Shown in pieces: positions 16,590 through 23,589 of a stretch of DNA of 64,000 bases. Within the stretch, counting starts at the first letter, position 1. Every line of letters starts with the position of its first letter. Source of the DNA: a virus; IMG/VR virus record IMGVR_UViG_3300028394_000038; one strand, written 5' to 3'. Made by a program: the position numbers and the translations under genes. Below the pieces are notes generated by a model. The model saw only the letters and a list, made by a program, of their open reading frames with translations. It did not search any database and was not told where the DNA came from.

Positions 16590-16667
16590 GCCCCCTTAGC
16601 CCAATTGGTATGAGGCGTCTCTCTCAAAAGGAGAATCGTGTCGGTTCGAGTCCGACAGGGGGTACCA
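16590..16667 (+). tRNA. tRNA-Leu(CAA), short variable loop
   Basis: TCTCT-CT CAA AA-GGAGA; CCA. Confidence 0.82.
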
Positions 16668-16688
16668 ATATAATAAGTAAATGACAAT

Positions 16689-16778
16689 GGAAATGTGGCA
16701 GAGTCCGGTTTATTGCAACAGTCTTGAAAACTGTCGGCCTGAAAAGGTCCGTGAGTTCGAATCTCACCGTTTCCGCCA
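16689..16778 (+). tRNA. tRNA-Ser(UGA)
   Basis: loop CT TGA AA; long V arm; GCCA. Confidence 0.92.
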
Positions 16779-16794
16779 ATAATAAAAAAATGTG

Positions 16795-16823
16795 TTGACA
16801 ACACGATAAAGTGATGTTATAAT
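16795..16823 (+). promoter_or_regulatory. consensus sigma70 promoter, second tRNA block
   Basis: TTGACA-N17-TATAAT with extended -10 TG. Confidence 0.85.
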
Positions 16824-16882
16824 ACATACATGTTAAGAGATTAACATACGTTCTTTAAAAATTAATTACAAGTAAACCTTGT

Positions 16883-16966
16883 GGAGTAGAAGCATCAACG
16901 GTGATGCAGTGGACTGTAAATCCGCCGTCTTAGACATGCCTGGTTCGATCCCAGGATACTCCACCA
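16883..16966 (+). tRNA. tRNA-Tyr(GUA)
   Basis: loop CT GTA AA; V arm; ACCA. Confidence 0.88.
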
Positions 16967-17034
16967 TATTAAAACACATTGACCGAACCGAGTAGACATA
17001 GTCGTTTCTGGTAGTTGTTAGTGTGTTTTAATAT

Positions 17035-17124
17035 GGAGCGGTGGCCGAACGGTAAGGCAGCGGATTGCTAATCCGTAGACCGGTGAAAGCCGGTCACTGG
17101 GTTCGACTCCCAGTCGCTCCGCCA
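17035..17124 (+). tRNA. tRNA-Ser(GCU)
   Basis: loop TT GCT AA; long V arm; GCCA. Confidence 0.92.
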
Positions 17125-17129
17125 TATTT

Positions 17130-17206
17130 GGAGAAGTAGCTCAGCTGGTTAGAGTGCCACACTGTCACTGTGGAAGTCGCGGGTTCGAGTCCCGTCTTTT
17201 CCGCCA
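17130..17206 (+). tRNA. tRNA-Asp(GUC) copy 2
   Basis: canonical; loop CT GTC AC. Confidence 0.92.
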
Positions 17207-17223
17207 GATATAGCAGACAGTAG

Positions 17224-17252
17224 TTGACCGCTACTAAATATTCTGCTATAAT
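17224..17252 (+). promoter_or_regulatory. sigma70-type promoter
   Basis: TTGACC-N17-TATAAT. Confidence 0.7.
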
Positions 17253-17268
17253 AGAAGTTGTAGTAAAC

Positions 17269-17343
17269 GCCGGATTAGCTCAGTGGTAGAGCAACCGCCT
17301 TGTAAGCGGTAGGTCGTCAGTTCAATCCCGACATCCGGCACCA
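17269..17343 (+). tRNA. tRNA-Thr(UGU) copy 2
   Basis: canonical; loop CT TGT AA. Confidence 0.92.
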
Positions 17344-17352
17344 AAAGTTTTT

Positions 17353-17436
17353 GCCCTGGTGGTGGAATGGTAGACACGATGGTCTTAGAAGCCATTGTCG
17401 AAAGGCGTGGGAGTTCGAGTCTCCCCTGGGGCACCA
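17353..17436 (+). tRNA. tRNA-Leu(UAG)
   Basis: loop CT TAG AA; V arm; ACCA. Confidence 0.92.
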
Positions 17437-17443
17437 TTTAGTT

Positions 17444-17517
17444 GCGGGATTAGTTTAATGGTAAAACAGCAGATTTCCAATCTTCGGTCAAGAGTTCGAT
17501 TCTCTTATCCCGCTCCA
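17444..17517 (+). tRNA. tRNA-Gly(UCC)
   Basis: loop TT TCC AA; TCCA. Confidence 0.9.
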
Positions 17518-17541
17518 TAGTTTAATAACGTAAAGGTATAT

Positions 17542-17772
17542 ATGAGTAAACCAATCGGTCTTAGTCGTGGTCCAGAAATTGACACAGATTTATGTGTTGC
17601 TAATGTAGGAAATAGATACAATCTAGTATTAATTGCCGCAACCCGTGCAAAAGAAATCAAGCGTCAACATAGAGACAGTGACAAGCGTGAACATGTTCAC
17701 AGCAACATCACAGCATTGCTTGAAATACAAACAGGCAAGATTGGTTCCGAATATCTGAAGAGAGTAAAATAA
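17542..17772 (+). CDS. rpoZ: RNA polymerase omega subunit-like protein
   Basis: GNRYNLVLIAATRAKEI and TALLEIQTGKI match omega signature regions. Confidence 0.75.
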   Translation: MSKPIGLSRGPEIDTDLCVANVGNRYNLVLIAATRAKEIKRQHRDSDKREHVHSNITALLEIQTGKIGSEYLKRVK

Positions 17773-17775
17773 TTT

Positions 17776-17852
17776 CGGAGTGTAGCGCAGTCTGGTAGCG
17801 CACCTGGTTTGGGACCAGGGGGTCCAAGGTTCGAATCCTTGTACTCCGACCA
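17776..17852 (+). tRNA. tRNA-Pro(UGG) copy 2
   Basis: canonical; loop TT TGG GA. Confidence 0.92.
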
Positions 17853-17863
17853 TAAGATAGTTT

Positions 17864-17938
17864 GCCTGGTTAGCTCAGGGGTAGAGCAACGCCTTTACAC
17901 GGCGAAGGCCCGCGGTTCGAAACCGTGACCAGGTACCA
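17864..17938 (+). tRNA. tRNA-Val(UAC)
   Basis: loop TT TAC AC; CCA. Confidence 0.9.
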
Positions 17939-17956
17939 AAATACAAAAAGGAAAAT

Positions 17957-18178
17957 ATGTTAAAACCCGGTAAGACATTTAAGTTAAGTAAAACAGCCAA
18001 GCGCATGATTGCCTTGATGAAAGGTGCTACAGCAGAACAACGCAACCAATACAAGCGTATGATGATTCAAGCAGAACTTGCGGCGGCTATTGTTGTTAAG
18101 ACAGCGCCACGTGATAAGAATGCTCCTCGTAACGGCGGATACATTACAACAAGTAACAGTGCCACTGCTAGCGAATAA
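17957..18178 (+). CDS. small basic hypothetical protein
   Basis: 73 aa; AAGGA RBS. Confidence 0.65.
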   Translation: MLKPGKTFKLSKTAKRMIALMKGATAEQRNQYKRMMIQAELAAAIVVKTAPRDKNAPRNGGYITTSNSATASE

Positions 18179-18184
18179 GATTAT

Positions 18185-18260
18185 TCCTCGATAGCTCAGT
18201 TGGTAGAGTGCCGGACTGTTAATCCGTTGGTCCCTGGTTCGAGCCCAGGTCGAGGAGCCA
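18185..18260 (+). tRNA. tRNA-Asn(GUU) copy 2
   Basis: canonical; loop CT GTT AA. Confidence 0.92.
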
Positions 18261-18266
18261 AGTATA

Positions 18267-19427
18267 ATGGAAAAATTTGATCCACTTTCTAATGATTGGT
18301 TACTGAATAAGTTTAATTATTATTCAGAACTTCGAGATGCTGATCAGTTGTATTGGAGTAACATGTACAACATGTATGTTATCACTAGATATGATGATGT
18401 ACTTTTTGCATTGAGTAATCCAGATATTTTTTCATCTGCAAAAGGTAACTTACTTAGAGAAATACCAACACGTTTTGGAAAAACTCTAGGTAGTAGCGAT
18501 AATCCACAACACGATAAATTAAAAGAAATTCTCAAATCAGCATACAGTAAAGATAACATTGATAGGATATTATCTGTTGTAAATTTAAAAATAGAAAAGT
18601 TTTTAAAAGATACAACGATACATGTATCAAATTTAGCAGAAGAAATTGCCGCTTGGATTGTAACAGAAATATTAAATTTGCCTTGTAATAAAGATGATAT
18701 GCAATCTTTAATACTAACAACATTTAGAACATCTAATAAGGCACTTGATACTAACAATAATGTTACTGACGAAACAAGTTTGATAACATTTATGCAATTA
18801 GTAAGAGACTTAGTGTCTAGTAAAACAGATCCATTAGGACCTGGAGTATATGCAGAAGTATTTAAATTAGAAACAGATTTTAATCTACACAATTTTACCA
18901 CACCGTTATTTGCCGGGATGTCATCAATGACAGGTGCGCTAGAATATTTGACATTAGACATAGTTAGTATTTTAGATCAGTTACAATCTAACTATTCGTT
19001 AATACCGAGTGCAGTTAATGAGTCGTTAAGATTTAATACAGCGACCGCTAGATTTGCTAGAAGAGTTCTAAAAGAAGTTACTGTACAAGGTACAGTGATT
19101 AAGCCTGGAACACGAGTAGTGCTTTGTTTAGATTCTGCAAATAGAGATCCTTCAAAGTTTACAAATCCAGATGTTTTTGATATTACTAGAACAACTCCTA
19201 ATTTAGGATTTGGGTTTGGTTTACATTCGTGTATTGCATTAGCAATATCAAAAGCAGTAATGATTCAATATTTGAGTATGTTGTTAACACATGCAGGTAA
19301 GTACAAAGTAGTCACTGATCGAGCAGGCTATCAGTTTGTTTTAACGGCACCTGGCAACTTTGATATGATTTCAAATATTATTATTGAAAAAATTAATGGG
19401 GGATTAGCTCAGCTGGGAGAGCGGTAG
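18267..19427 (+). CDS. cytochrome P450
   Basis: ESLR (ExxR), ANRDPSKF.NPD.FD, FGFGLHSCIA heme Cys. Confidence 0.88.
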   Translation: MEKFDPLSNDWLLNKFNYYSELRDADQLYWSNMYNMYVITRYDDVLFALSNPDIFSSAKGNLLREIPTRFGKTLGSSDNPQHDKLKEILKSAYSKDNIDRILSVVNLKIEKFLKDTTIHVSNLAEEIAAWIVTEILNLPCNKDDMQSLILTTFRTSNKALDTNNNVTDETSLITFMQLVRDLVSSKTDPLGPGVYAEVFKLETDFNLHNFTTPLFAGMSSMTGALEYLTLDIVSILDQLQSNYSLIPSAVNESLRFNTATARFARRVLKEVTVQGTVIKPGTRVVLCLDSANRDPSKFTNPDVFDITRTTPNLGFGFGLHSCIALAISKAVMIQYLSMLLTHAGKYKVVTDRAGYQFVLTAPGNFDMISNIIIEKINGGLAQLGER

Positions 19428-19473
19428 CTTTGCAAGCTATAGGTCAACGGTTCGATCCCGTTATCCTCCACCA
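19398..19473 (+). tRNA. tRNA-Ala(UGC) copy 2
   Basis: canonical; G3.U70; loop TT TGC AA. Confidence 0.92.
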
Positions 19474-19480
19474 AATATAT

Positions 19481-19556
19481 GCGGGCGTAGCTCAGTTGGT
19501 AGAGCATTACCTTGCCAAGGTAAATGTCGAGAGTTCGAACCTCTTCGCCCGCTCCA
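19481..19556 (+). tRNA. tRNA-Gly(GCC)
   Basis: loop TT GCC AA; TCCA. Confidence 0.92.
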
Positions 19557-19562
19557 GAATAT

Positions 19563-19637
19563 GGAGCCATCGTCTATCGGTTAGGACATCAGGTTTTCAT
19601 CCTGAGAAGAGGGGTTCGACTCCCCTTGGCTCTTCCA
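19563..19637 (+). tRNA. tRNA-Glu(UUC) copy 2
   Basis: loop TT TTC AT; CCA. Confidence 0.9.
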
Positions 19638-19639
19638 GT

Positions 19640-19775
19640 TTTGTTTATGTGTGTACGGTTACCCATATGTGAGTAGCGAGTCGCCCAAGACACTTGTTAC
19701 TGTACCTGATGTCCGTAGCAGACTTACGTCAAGTAAGTTCAGCAAGTAGCTTGGACACTACAAGCGATAAACAAA
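19640..19775 (+). ncRNA. closed-stem ncRNA candidate
   Basis: TTTGTTTAT/ATAAACAAA terminal stem, internal hairpins. Confidence 0.45.
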
Positions 19776-19781
19776 TTCATT

Positions 19782-19873
19782 GCCAGCGAGACTTGGAAGT
19801 CAGAGAGGTCTTATACACCTTTTAGCGCCAGATTAGCGTTCTTGAGAGGGTTCGATCCCCTCCGCTGGTACCA
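19782..19873 (+). tRNA. tRNA with UAU anticodon (Ile) and long variable arm
   Basis: GAGGT-CT TAT AC-ACCTT; V arm AGCGC/GCGTT; ACCA. Confidence 0.8.
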
Positions 19874-19877
19874 GTTT

Positions 19878-19980
19878 TAGGATGATTACAGCAAACAACT
19901 TTACTCCAGCCATACTTGGAGGCCGGCCCGCTTGGGGGTGTGTCGTGGGTTCGAGTCCCGGTCTTAGACACTGCATCCTG
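19878..19980 (+). ncRNA. ACAGCAA-family RNA 4 (contains T-arm mimic)
   Basis: TAGGATGA-tt-ACAGCAA...GGG-TTCGAGT-CCC...CATCCTG. Confidence 0.75.
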
Positions 19981-19983
19981 TTT

Positions 19984-20432
19984 AAACCCCGTCTTACTAT
20001 TTCTACGTTAACGAAATAGCGTCCCTGAAACGATAGAACAGGGGGTACACTAGGACCTGACCTTACAGTCTCCATTTCAGGAGATACTGAAAACTGCCTA
20101 GGGTGTGGTATAACGCCATTCCAGAAGAACAAATGTTATGGACAGAGTAACAGCTCAGTTTAGGGCTCTTGTGGTGAGAGTAGCTAAACACTTTATTAAA
20201 ACGACCTAGAATCTGTAAAAAGATCAGGTTTGGTATCCCAGTCACTGTGATCGGCATAGCCCACATACTTAATACACCTTAGGTTGTTTTACTAAAGTAA
20301 CTTTATAAATGCTTTCTGAGTAGCTACAGTGGAACACCGAAATACTTGTCAATGTCGACCATGTACAAGGACCGGCCATGAAGAGTTGGGCTACCGAGAA
20401 TTCAAGCGTCACAGAGAGCACCTATAAAGTTA
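19984..20432 (+). ncRNA. cluster of structured ncRNA candidates
   Basis: 12-bp stem 20197-208/20280-91; stem 20298-307/20423-32; several hairpins; no credible ORF. Confidence 0.45.
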
Positions 20433-20433
20433 T

Positions 20434-20509
20434 CGCGGGGAGGGTCCGGTCACCAGCGTGGTCTCATAAGCCATTGCCATCCTTGGTTCAAATCCAAGTC
20501 CCGCAACCA
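20434..20509 (+). tRNA. initiator-like tRNA-fMet(CAU)
   Basis: C1:A72 mismatch, loop CT CAT AA, ACCA. Confidence 0.83.
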
Positions 20510-20511
20510 TT

Positions 20512-20758
20512 TTTATCAGTAAGGAACTTAGGGTATCGGGAGTCCGTAATGGGAAGTATAAAGGGTCGGAAGCCTTTAATATTTGATGATTATAAATCAT
20601 ACTTCAGCCGGGTGGTAGATCAGGACATACAGTCTGGGCGATCTTCAAAAGCAGTTGATACTCCATGTTTGCTAGACAAGTAGAGCGCGACTGTATGCCG
20701 CGGGTAGCCAAGTTTGACTTTCGTCGACCAAAACTCTCCAAGTTCCTTTCTAATGAAA
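20512..20758 (+). ncRNA. about 245-nt closed-stem ncRNA candidate
   Basis: AAGGAACTT/AAGTTCCTT terminal stem; CATACAGTC/GACTGTATG internal stem. Confidence 0.45.
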
Positions 20759-20761
20759 TAT

Positions 20762-20839
20762 GCAACGGTGGCAGAGAGGCCCAATGCAACGGATTGCAAA
20801 TCCGTAAAACCGGGGGTTCAAATCCCTCCCGTTGCTCCA
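20762..20839 (+). tRNA. tRNA-Cys(GCA)
   Basis: loop TT GCA AA; TCCA. Confidence 0.88.
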
Positions 20840-20899
20840 TAAAATGCTGATTTTAGCAAAAAGAGATAAGTACGTATATAACACACGGAGTAGCGAATC

Positions 20900-21334
20900 A
20901 TGATCAAATTTATTAGAGACATTTCTAATAGCCTTTTAGAATACATTAAGGATGATCCAGTTCGGCCGAATCTATCAGTTGACTTTAGAGTCAGTGACGG
21001 ACGAATGGTTATTGCTCTAATGGATGAAGAAACCCCTGCCGCAATGGTATGTGTTAGCCTACATGACTTTATTCCGGCAAGTGTAGAAGAACTTGCTACT
21101 ACAGCAATAGAACCTACTACAGCAATTTTCTATACTATTTGGAGTTATAGAGCCGGTAGTGGTCGAGACTTGCTGTTTAAATCAGTGGAAGCTCTTAAGC
21201 AAGACTATCCAACACTAAACCGCTTTGTTACACTAAGTCCAAAGACTGAAATGGCAAAGAAATTCCATCACAAAAACGGAGCAGAAACGTTCCGTGAAAA
21301 CGAAGATACCATCAACTATGAGTATCATATCTAA
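20900..21334 (+). CDS. phage hypothetical protein (possible GNAT-like fold)
   Basis: DDPVRP, FYTIWSY.AGSGR, VTLSP. Confidence 0.7.
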   Translation: MIKFIRDISNSLLEYIKDDPVRPNLSVDFRVSDGRMVIALMDEETPAAMVCVSLHDFIPASVEELATTAIEPTTAIFYTIWSYRAGSGRDLLFKSVEALKQDYPTLNRFVTLSPKTEMAKKFHHKNGAETFRENEDTINYEYHI

Positions 21335-21343
21335 ACTTCGGAC

Positions 21344-21372
21344 TTGACCTTTTGCTGTAAAGAACGTATAAT
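21344..21372 (+). promoter_or_regulatory. sigma70-type promoter
   Basis: TTGACC-N17-TATAAT. Confidence 0.7.
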
Positions 21373-21378
21373 ATATAC

Positions 21379-21479
21379 GTGGTCGTAAGCAAATAGGCAA
21401 AGCTCCAATCCAGAAATGGTGAGGGACGGGACAAGGCTATTAGCCGTCTTTGTAGGTTCAAACCCTACCGACCACACCA
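21379..21479 (+). tRNA. tRNA-Leu-like RNA with aberrant anticodon arm
   Basis: GTGGTCG/CGACCAC-ACCA, Leu-like D loop, intact T arm; anticodon arm unclear (possibly CAG). Confidence 0.6.
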
Positions 21480-21486
21480 AATCATT

Positions 21487-21561
21487 CTCCTAGTAGTACA
21501 ATGGATAGTACGGCTCTCTCCTAAAGAGTAGATGCAGGTTCGATTCCTACCTGGGAGACCA
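21487..21561 (+). tRNA. tRNA-Arg(CCU)
   Basis: loop CT CCT AA; CCA. Confidence 0.87.
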
Positions 21562-21592
21562 AAATATATTTTGGCAAGTTGTCCAAAAGATA

Positions 21593-21621
21593 TAGACACA
21601 TAGCAGTAAAGCTGTTATAAT
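21593..21621 (+). promoter_or_regulatory. sigma70-type promoter for ACAGCAA RNAs 5-7 and DUF2828 gene
   Basis: TAGACA-N17-TATAAT with extended -10 TG. Confidence 0.7.
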
Positions 21622-21657
21622 AGACACATAGCAAGCAGAGATGCTTGTAGCAAGTTT

Positions 21658-21823
21658 TAGGATCGGTACAGCAACATTCATATACTATGGACTGTTAGAC
21701 ACTGTGGTAGTTAGTGGAGCAGAGTGCGTAAAACCACCGAGCATTGAAGGTAACTATTGAAACAAGACTAACGAGCACAGAGTGATGGCCTGTGTAAAAT
21801 AAAAGCAGTCAACAACGATCCTG
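21658..21823 (+). ncRNA. ACAGCAA-family RNA 5
   Basis: TAGGATCG-gt-ACAGCAA...CGATCCTG. Confidence 0.78.
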
Positions 21824-21831
21824 TTTAGTCA

Positions 21832-22065
21832 TAGGATGACTACAGCAATTTAAAACTCTGAACTAACTGCTATTGAAAGCGGTCGCAGGACACAGTAGAA
21901 ATACTGTTCTAGAAATAGACGCTCAAGGAATAGACGACAGAATGGAAAGACATTCTATGATGTTTGTACAGACACAACACAAACTAGTCAACATGAATGT
22001 TGATAGGGTCTGGGTGCCATGATTGGCCAGACCAGAATACTAATCAAATTGGCACGATCATCCTG
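21832..22065 (+). ncRNA. ACAGCAA-family RNA 6
   Basis: TAGGATGA-ct-ACAGCAA...TCATCCTG; multiple internal hairpins. Confidence 0.78.
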
Positions 22066-22074
22066 TTAGAATTT

Positions 22075-22132
22075 TAGAATGTTAACAGCAAACTTTAAAT
22101 TTCAACTATATCTGAAAATAAAACACATTCTG
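22075..22132 (+). ncRNA. ACAGCAA-family RNA 7, abutting RBS of DUF2828 gene
   Basis: TAGAATGT-ta-ACAGCAA...ACATTCTG (compensatory change). Confidence 0.75.
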
Positions 22133-22145
22133 TAAAGGTAAAAAA

Positions 22146-23561
22146 ATGAACGCATTTGTAAACGCAATCGCAAATCAAGAAGCCCGTACTGCCAATGGCA
22201 TGAAGGCTCGTGCATCAACAGCCAAGAAGACTGTTGACCTGTTCTACAAGATCGGTGCAAGCCGTGGTAAGAACATTGTAGGCGACTTCACTGCCGCTTA
22301 TGTAGAAAATCAAGACGTAGCACTACGCATCGCACAATGGGCACGTGATGTCCGTGGTGGTGCAGGTGAACGTCAACTTTTCCGTGACATTCTTGTTCAC
22401 TTGGAAAAGACTGACCCAGACGCCGCTTTGGCTTTGCTTCGCAAGGTTCCAGAAGTTGGTCGTTGGGATGACATCTTTGTCTTCACCAACCCTGACCTAA
22501 AGTCAGCCGCTTATACCATGTTGGGCGATGCCCTACGTGCTAACAACGGTTTGGCCGCAAAGTGGACTCCTCGTAAGGGTCAAATTGCCGCTGAAGTTCG
22601 TGCCTTCTTTGGCATGACTCCAAAGCAATACCGTAAGAGCCTTGTGGCACTTACAAAGGTTGTTGAAACCCAAATGTGTGCAGGAGATTGGGATAACATC
22701 AACTTCAGTCACGTTCCTTCTGTAGCGGCTCGCCAATACAAGAAGGCATTCAACCGTCACACACCTGCATTTGCAGAGTATGTTGCCAAGTTGGTAAGTG
22801 GAGACAAGACTGTTAAGGTTAACGCCAACGCAATCTTCCCACATGACGTGCTGAAGGGTGTGATCACTGCATACGGTCCTTCCAAGTTGGACAAGACAGA
22901 AACTGACCATGTGATCGCACAATGGGACAGCTTGCCTAACTACGTGGGTGATGCCAGCATCATGCCAATCGTAGACGTTAGCGGTTCTATGTCTTGCCCA
23001 GCAGGAAAGAACACTGGCGTAACTTGTATGGACGTTTCAATCAGCTTGGGCTTGTACCTAGCAGACAAGAACAAGGGCGTGTTCAAGGACACATTCTTGA
23101 CTTTCTCAGACAAGCCACAACTTGTTACTCTAAAGGGTAACATTGTTGACAAGGTTGCTCAAATGAGCAAGAGTGATTGGAACATGAGCACTAACTTGCA
23201 TGCCGCTATGGACAAGATCCTAAGCGTTGCAGTTAAGGGTTCAGTACCAGCTAGCGACATGCCAGCCATGTTGCTGATCTTGTCAGACATGCAGTTCAAC
23301 CAATGCGCCCGTTACGACGACAGCGCAATGCAAATGATCGAACGCAAGTTCGAAGATGCAGGTTATACTGTGCCACAGATTGTTTTCTGGAACCTAAACA
23401 GTTCAGACAACGTGCCTGTTGCCGCTGACAAGAGTGGTGCCGCATTGGTAAGTGGATTTAGCCCAAGTATAATGACTAGCTTGCTAGCCGCTGACTTGGA
23501 TCAGTTCACTCCAGAAGGCATCATGCTTAAGACTGTAATGAGTGATCGTTACGCTCTCTAA
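22146..23561 (+). CDS. DUF2828-type protein with C-terminal VWA domain (Ro60/TROVE-like)
   Basis: RTANG, RDVRGGAGER, GRWDD, AAKWTPR; MIDAS DVSGSM, ILSDMQF, IVFWNL, SGFSP. Confidence 0.82.
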   Translation: MNAFVNAIANQEARTANGMKARASTAKKTVDLFYKIGASRGKNIVGDFTAAYVENQDVALRIAQWARDVRGGAGERQLFRDILVHLEKTDPDAALALLRKVPEVGRWDDIFVFTNPDLKSAAYTMLGDALRANNGLAAKWTPRKGQIAAEVRAFFGMTPKQYRKSLVALTKVVETQMCAGDWDNINFSHVPSVAARQYKKAFNRHTPAFAEYVAKLVSGDKTVKVNANAIFPHDVLKGVITAYGPSKLDKTETDHVIAQWDSLPNYVGDASIMPIVDVSGSMSCPAGKNTGVTCMDVSISLGLYLADKNKGVFKDTFLTFSDKPQLVTLKGNIVDKVAQMSKSDWNMSTNLHAAMDKILSVAVKGSVPASDMPAMLLILSDMQFNQCARYDDSAMQMIERKFEDAGYTVPQIVFWNLNSSDNVPVAADKSGAALVSGFSPSIMTSLLAADLDQFTPEGIMLKTVMSDRYAL

Positions 23562-23562
23562 G

Positions 23563-23582
23563 CTGTTGTAGAAATACAACAA
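23563..23582. repeat. 20-nt palindromic repeat, copy 2
   Basis: identical to 13409..13428. Confidence 0.8.
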
Positions 23583-23589
23583 CCCCTTA

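Noticed and set aside
16590-16667. Possible UCA (Sec/opal suppressor) anticodon
   Set aside because: The stem TCTCT/GGAGA places CAA at the centre of the 7-nt loop; no suppressor tRNA or genome-wide recoding is evident, since long ORFs are open in the standard code.
14406-17853. Minus-strand ORFs of 63-92 aa across the tRNA array
   Set aside because: Antisense shadows of tRNA genes.
19706-19760. Hammerhead ribozyme core
   Set aside because: CTGATGT does not match CUGANGA and no correctly placed GAAA was found.
19430-20850. ORFs 19430..19672, 19833..20132, 20063..20266, 20378..20683, 20604..20840, 20665..20850
   Set aside because: Overlap tRNAs or structured RNAs, lack an RBS and have no protein-like motifs.
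22100-22117. Anticodon mimic in ACAGCAA RNA 7
   Set aside because: The TTTCA/TGAAA stem closes an 8-nt loop without the CU-NNN-AA pattern.
14321-22132. ACAGCAA elements as a CRISPR array or as terminators
   Set aside because: Irregular spacing, compensatory stem changes rather than identical repeats, no cas genes, and loops too large for intrinsic terminators.
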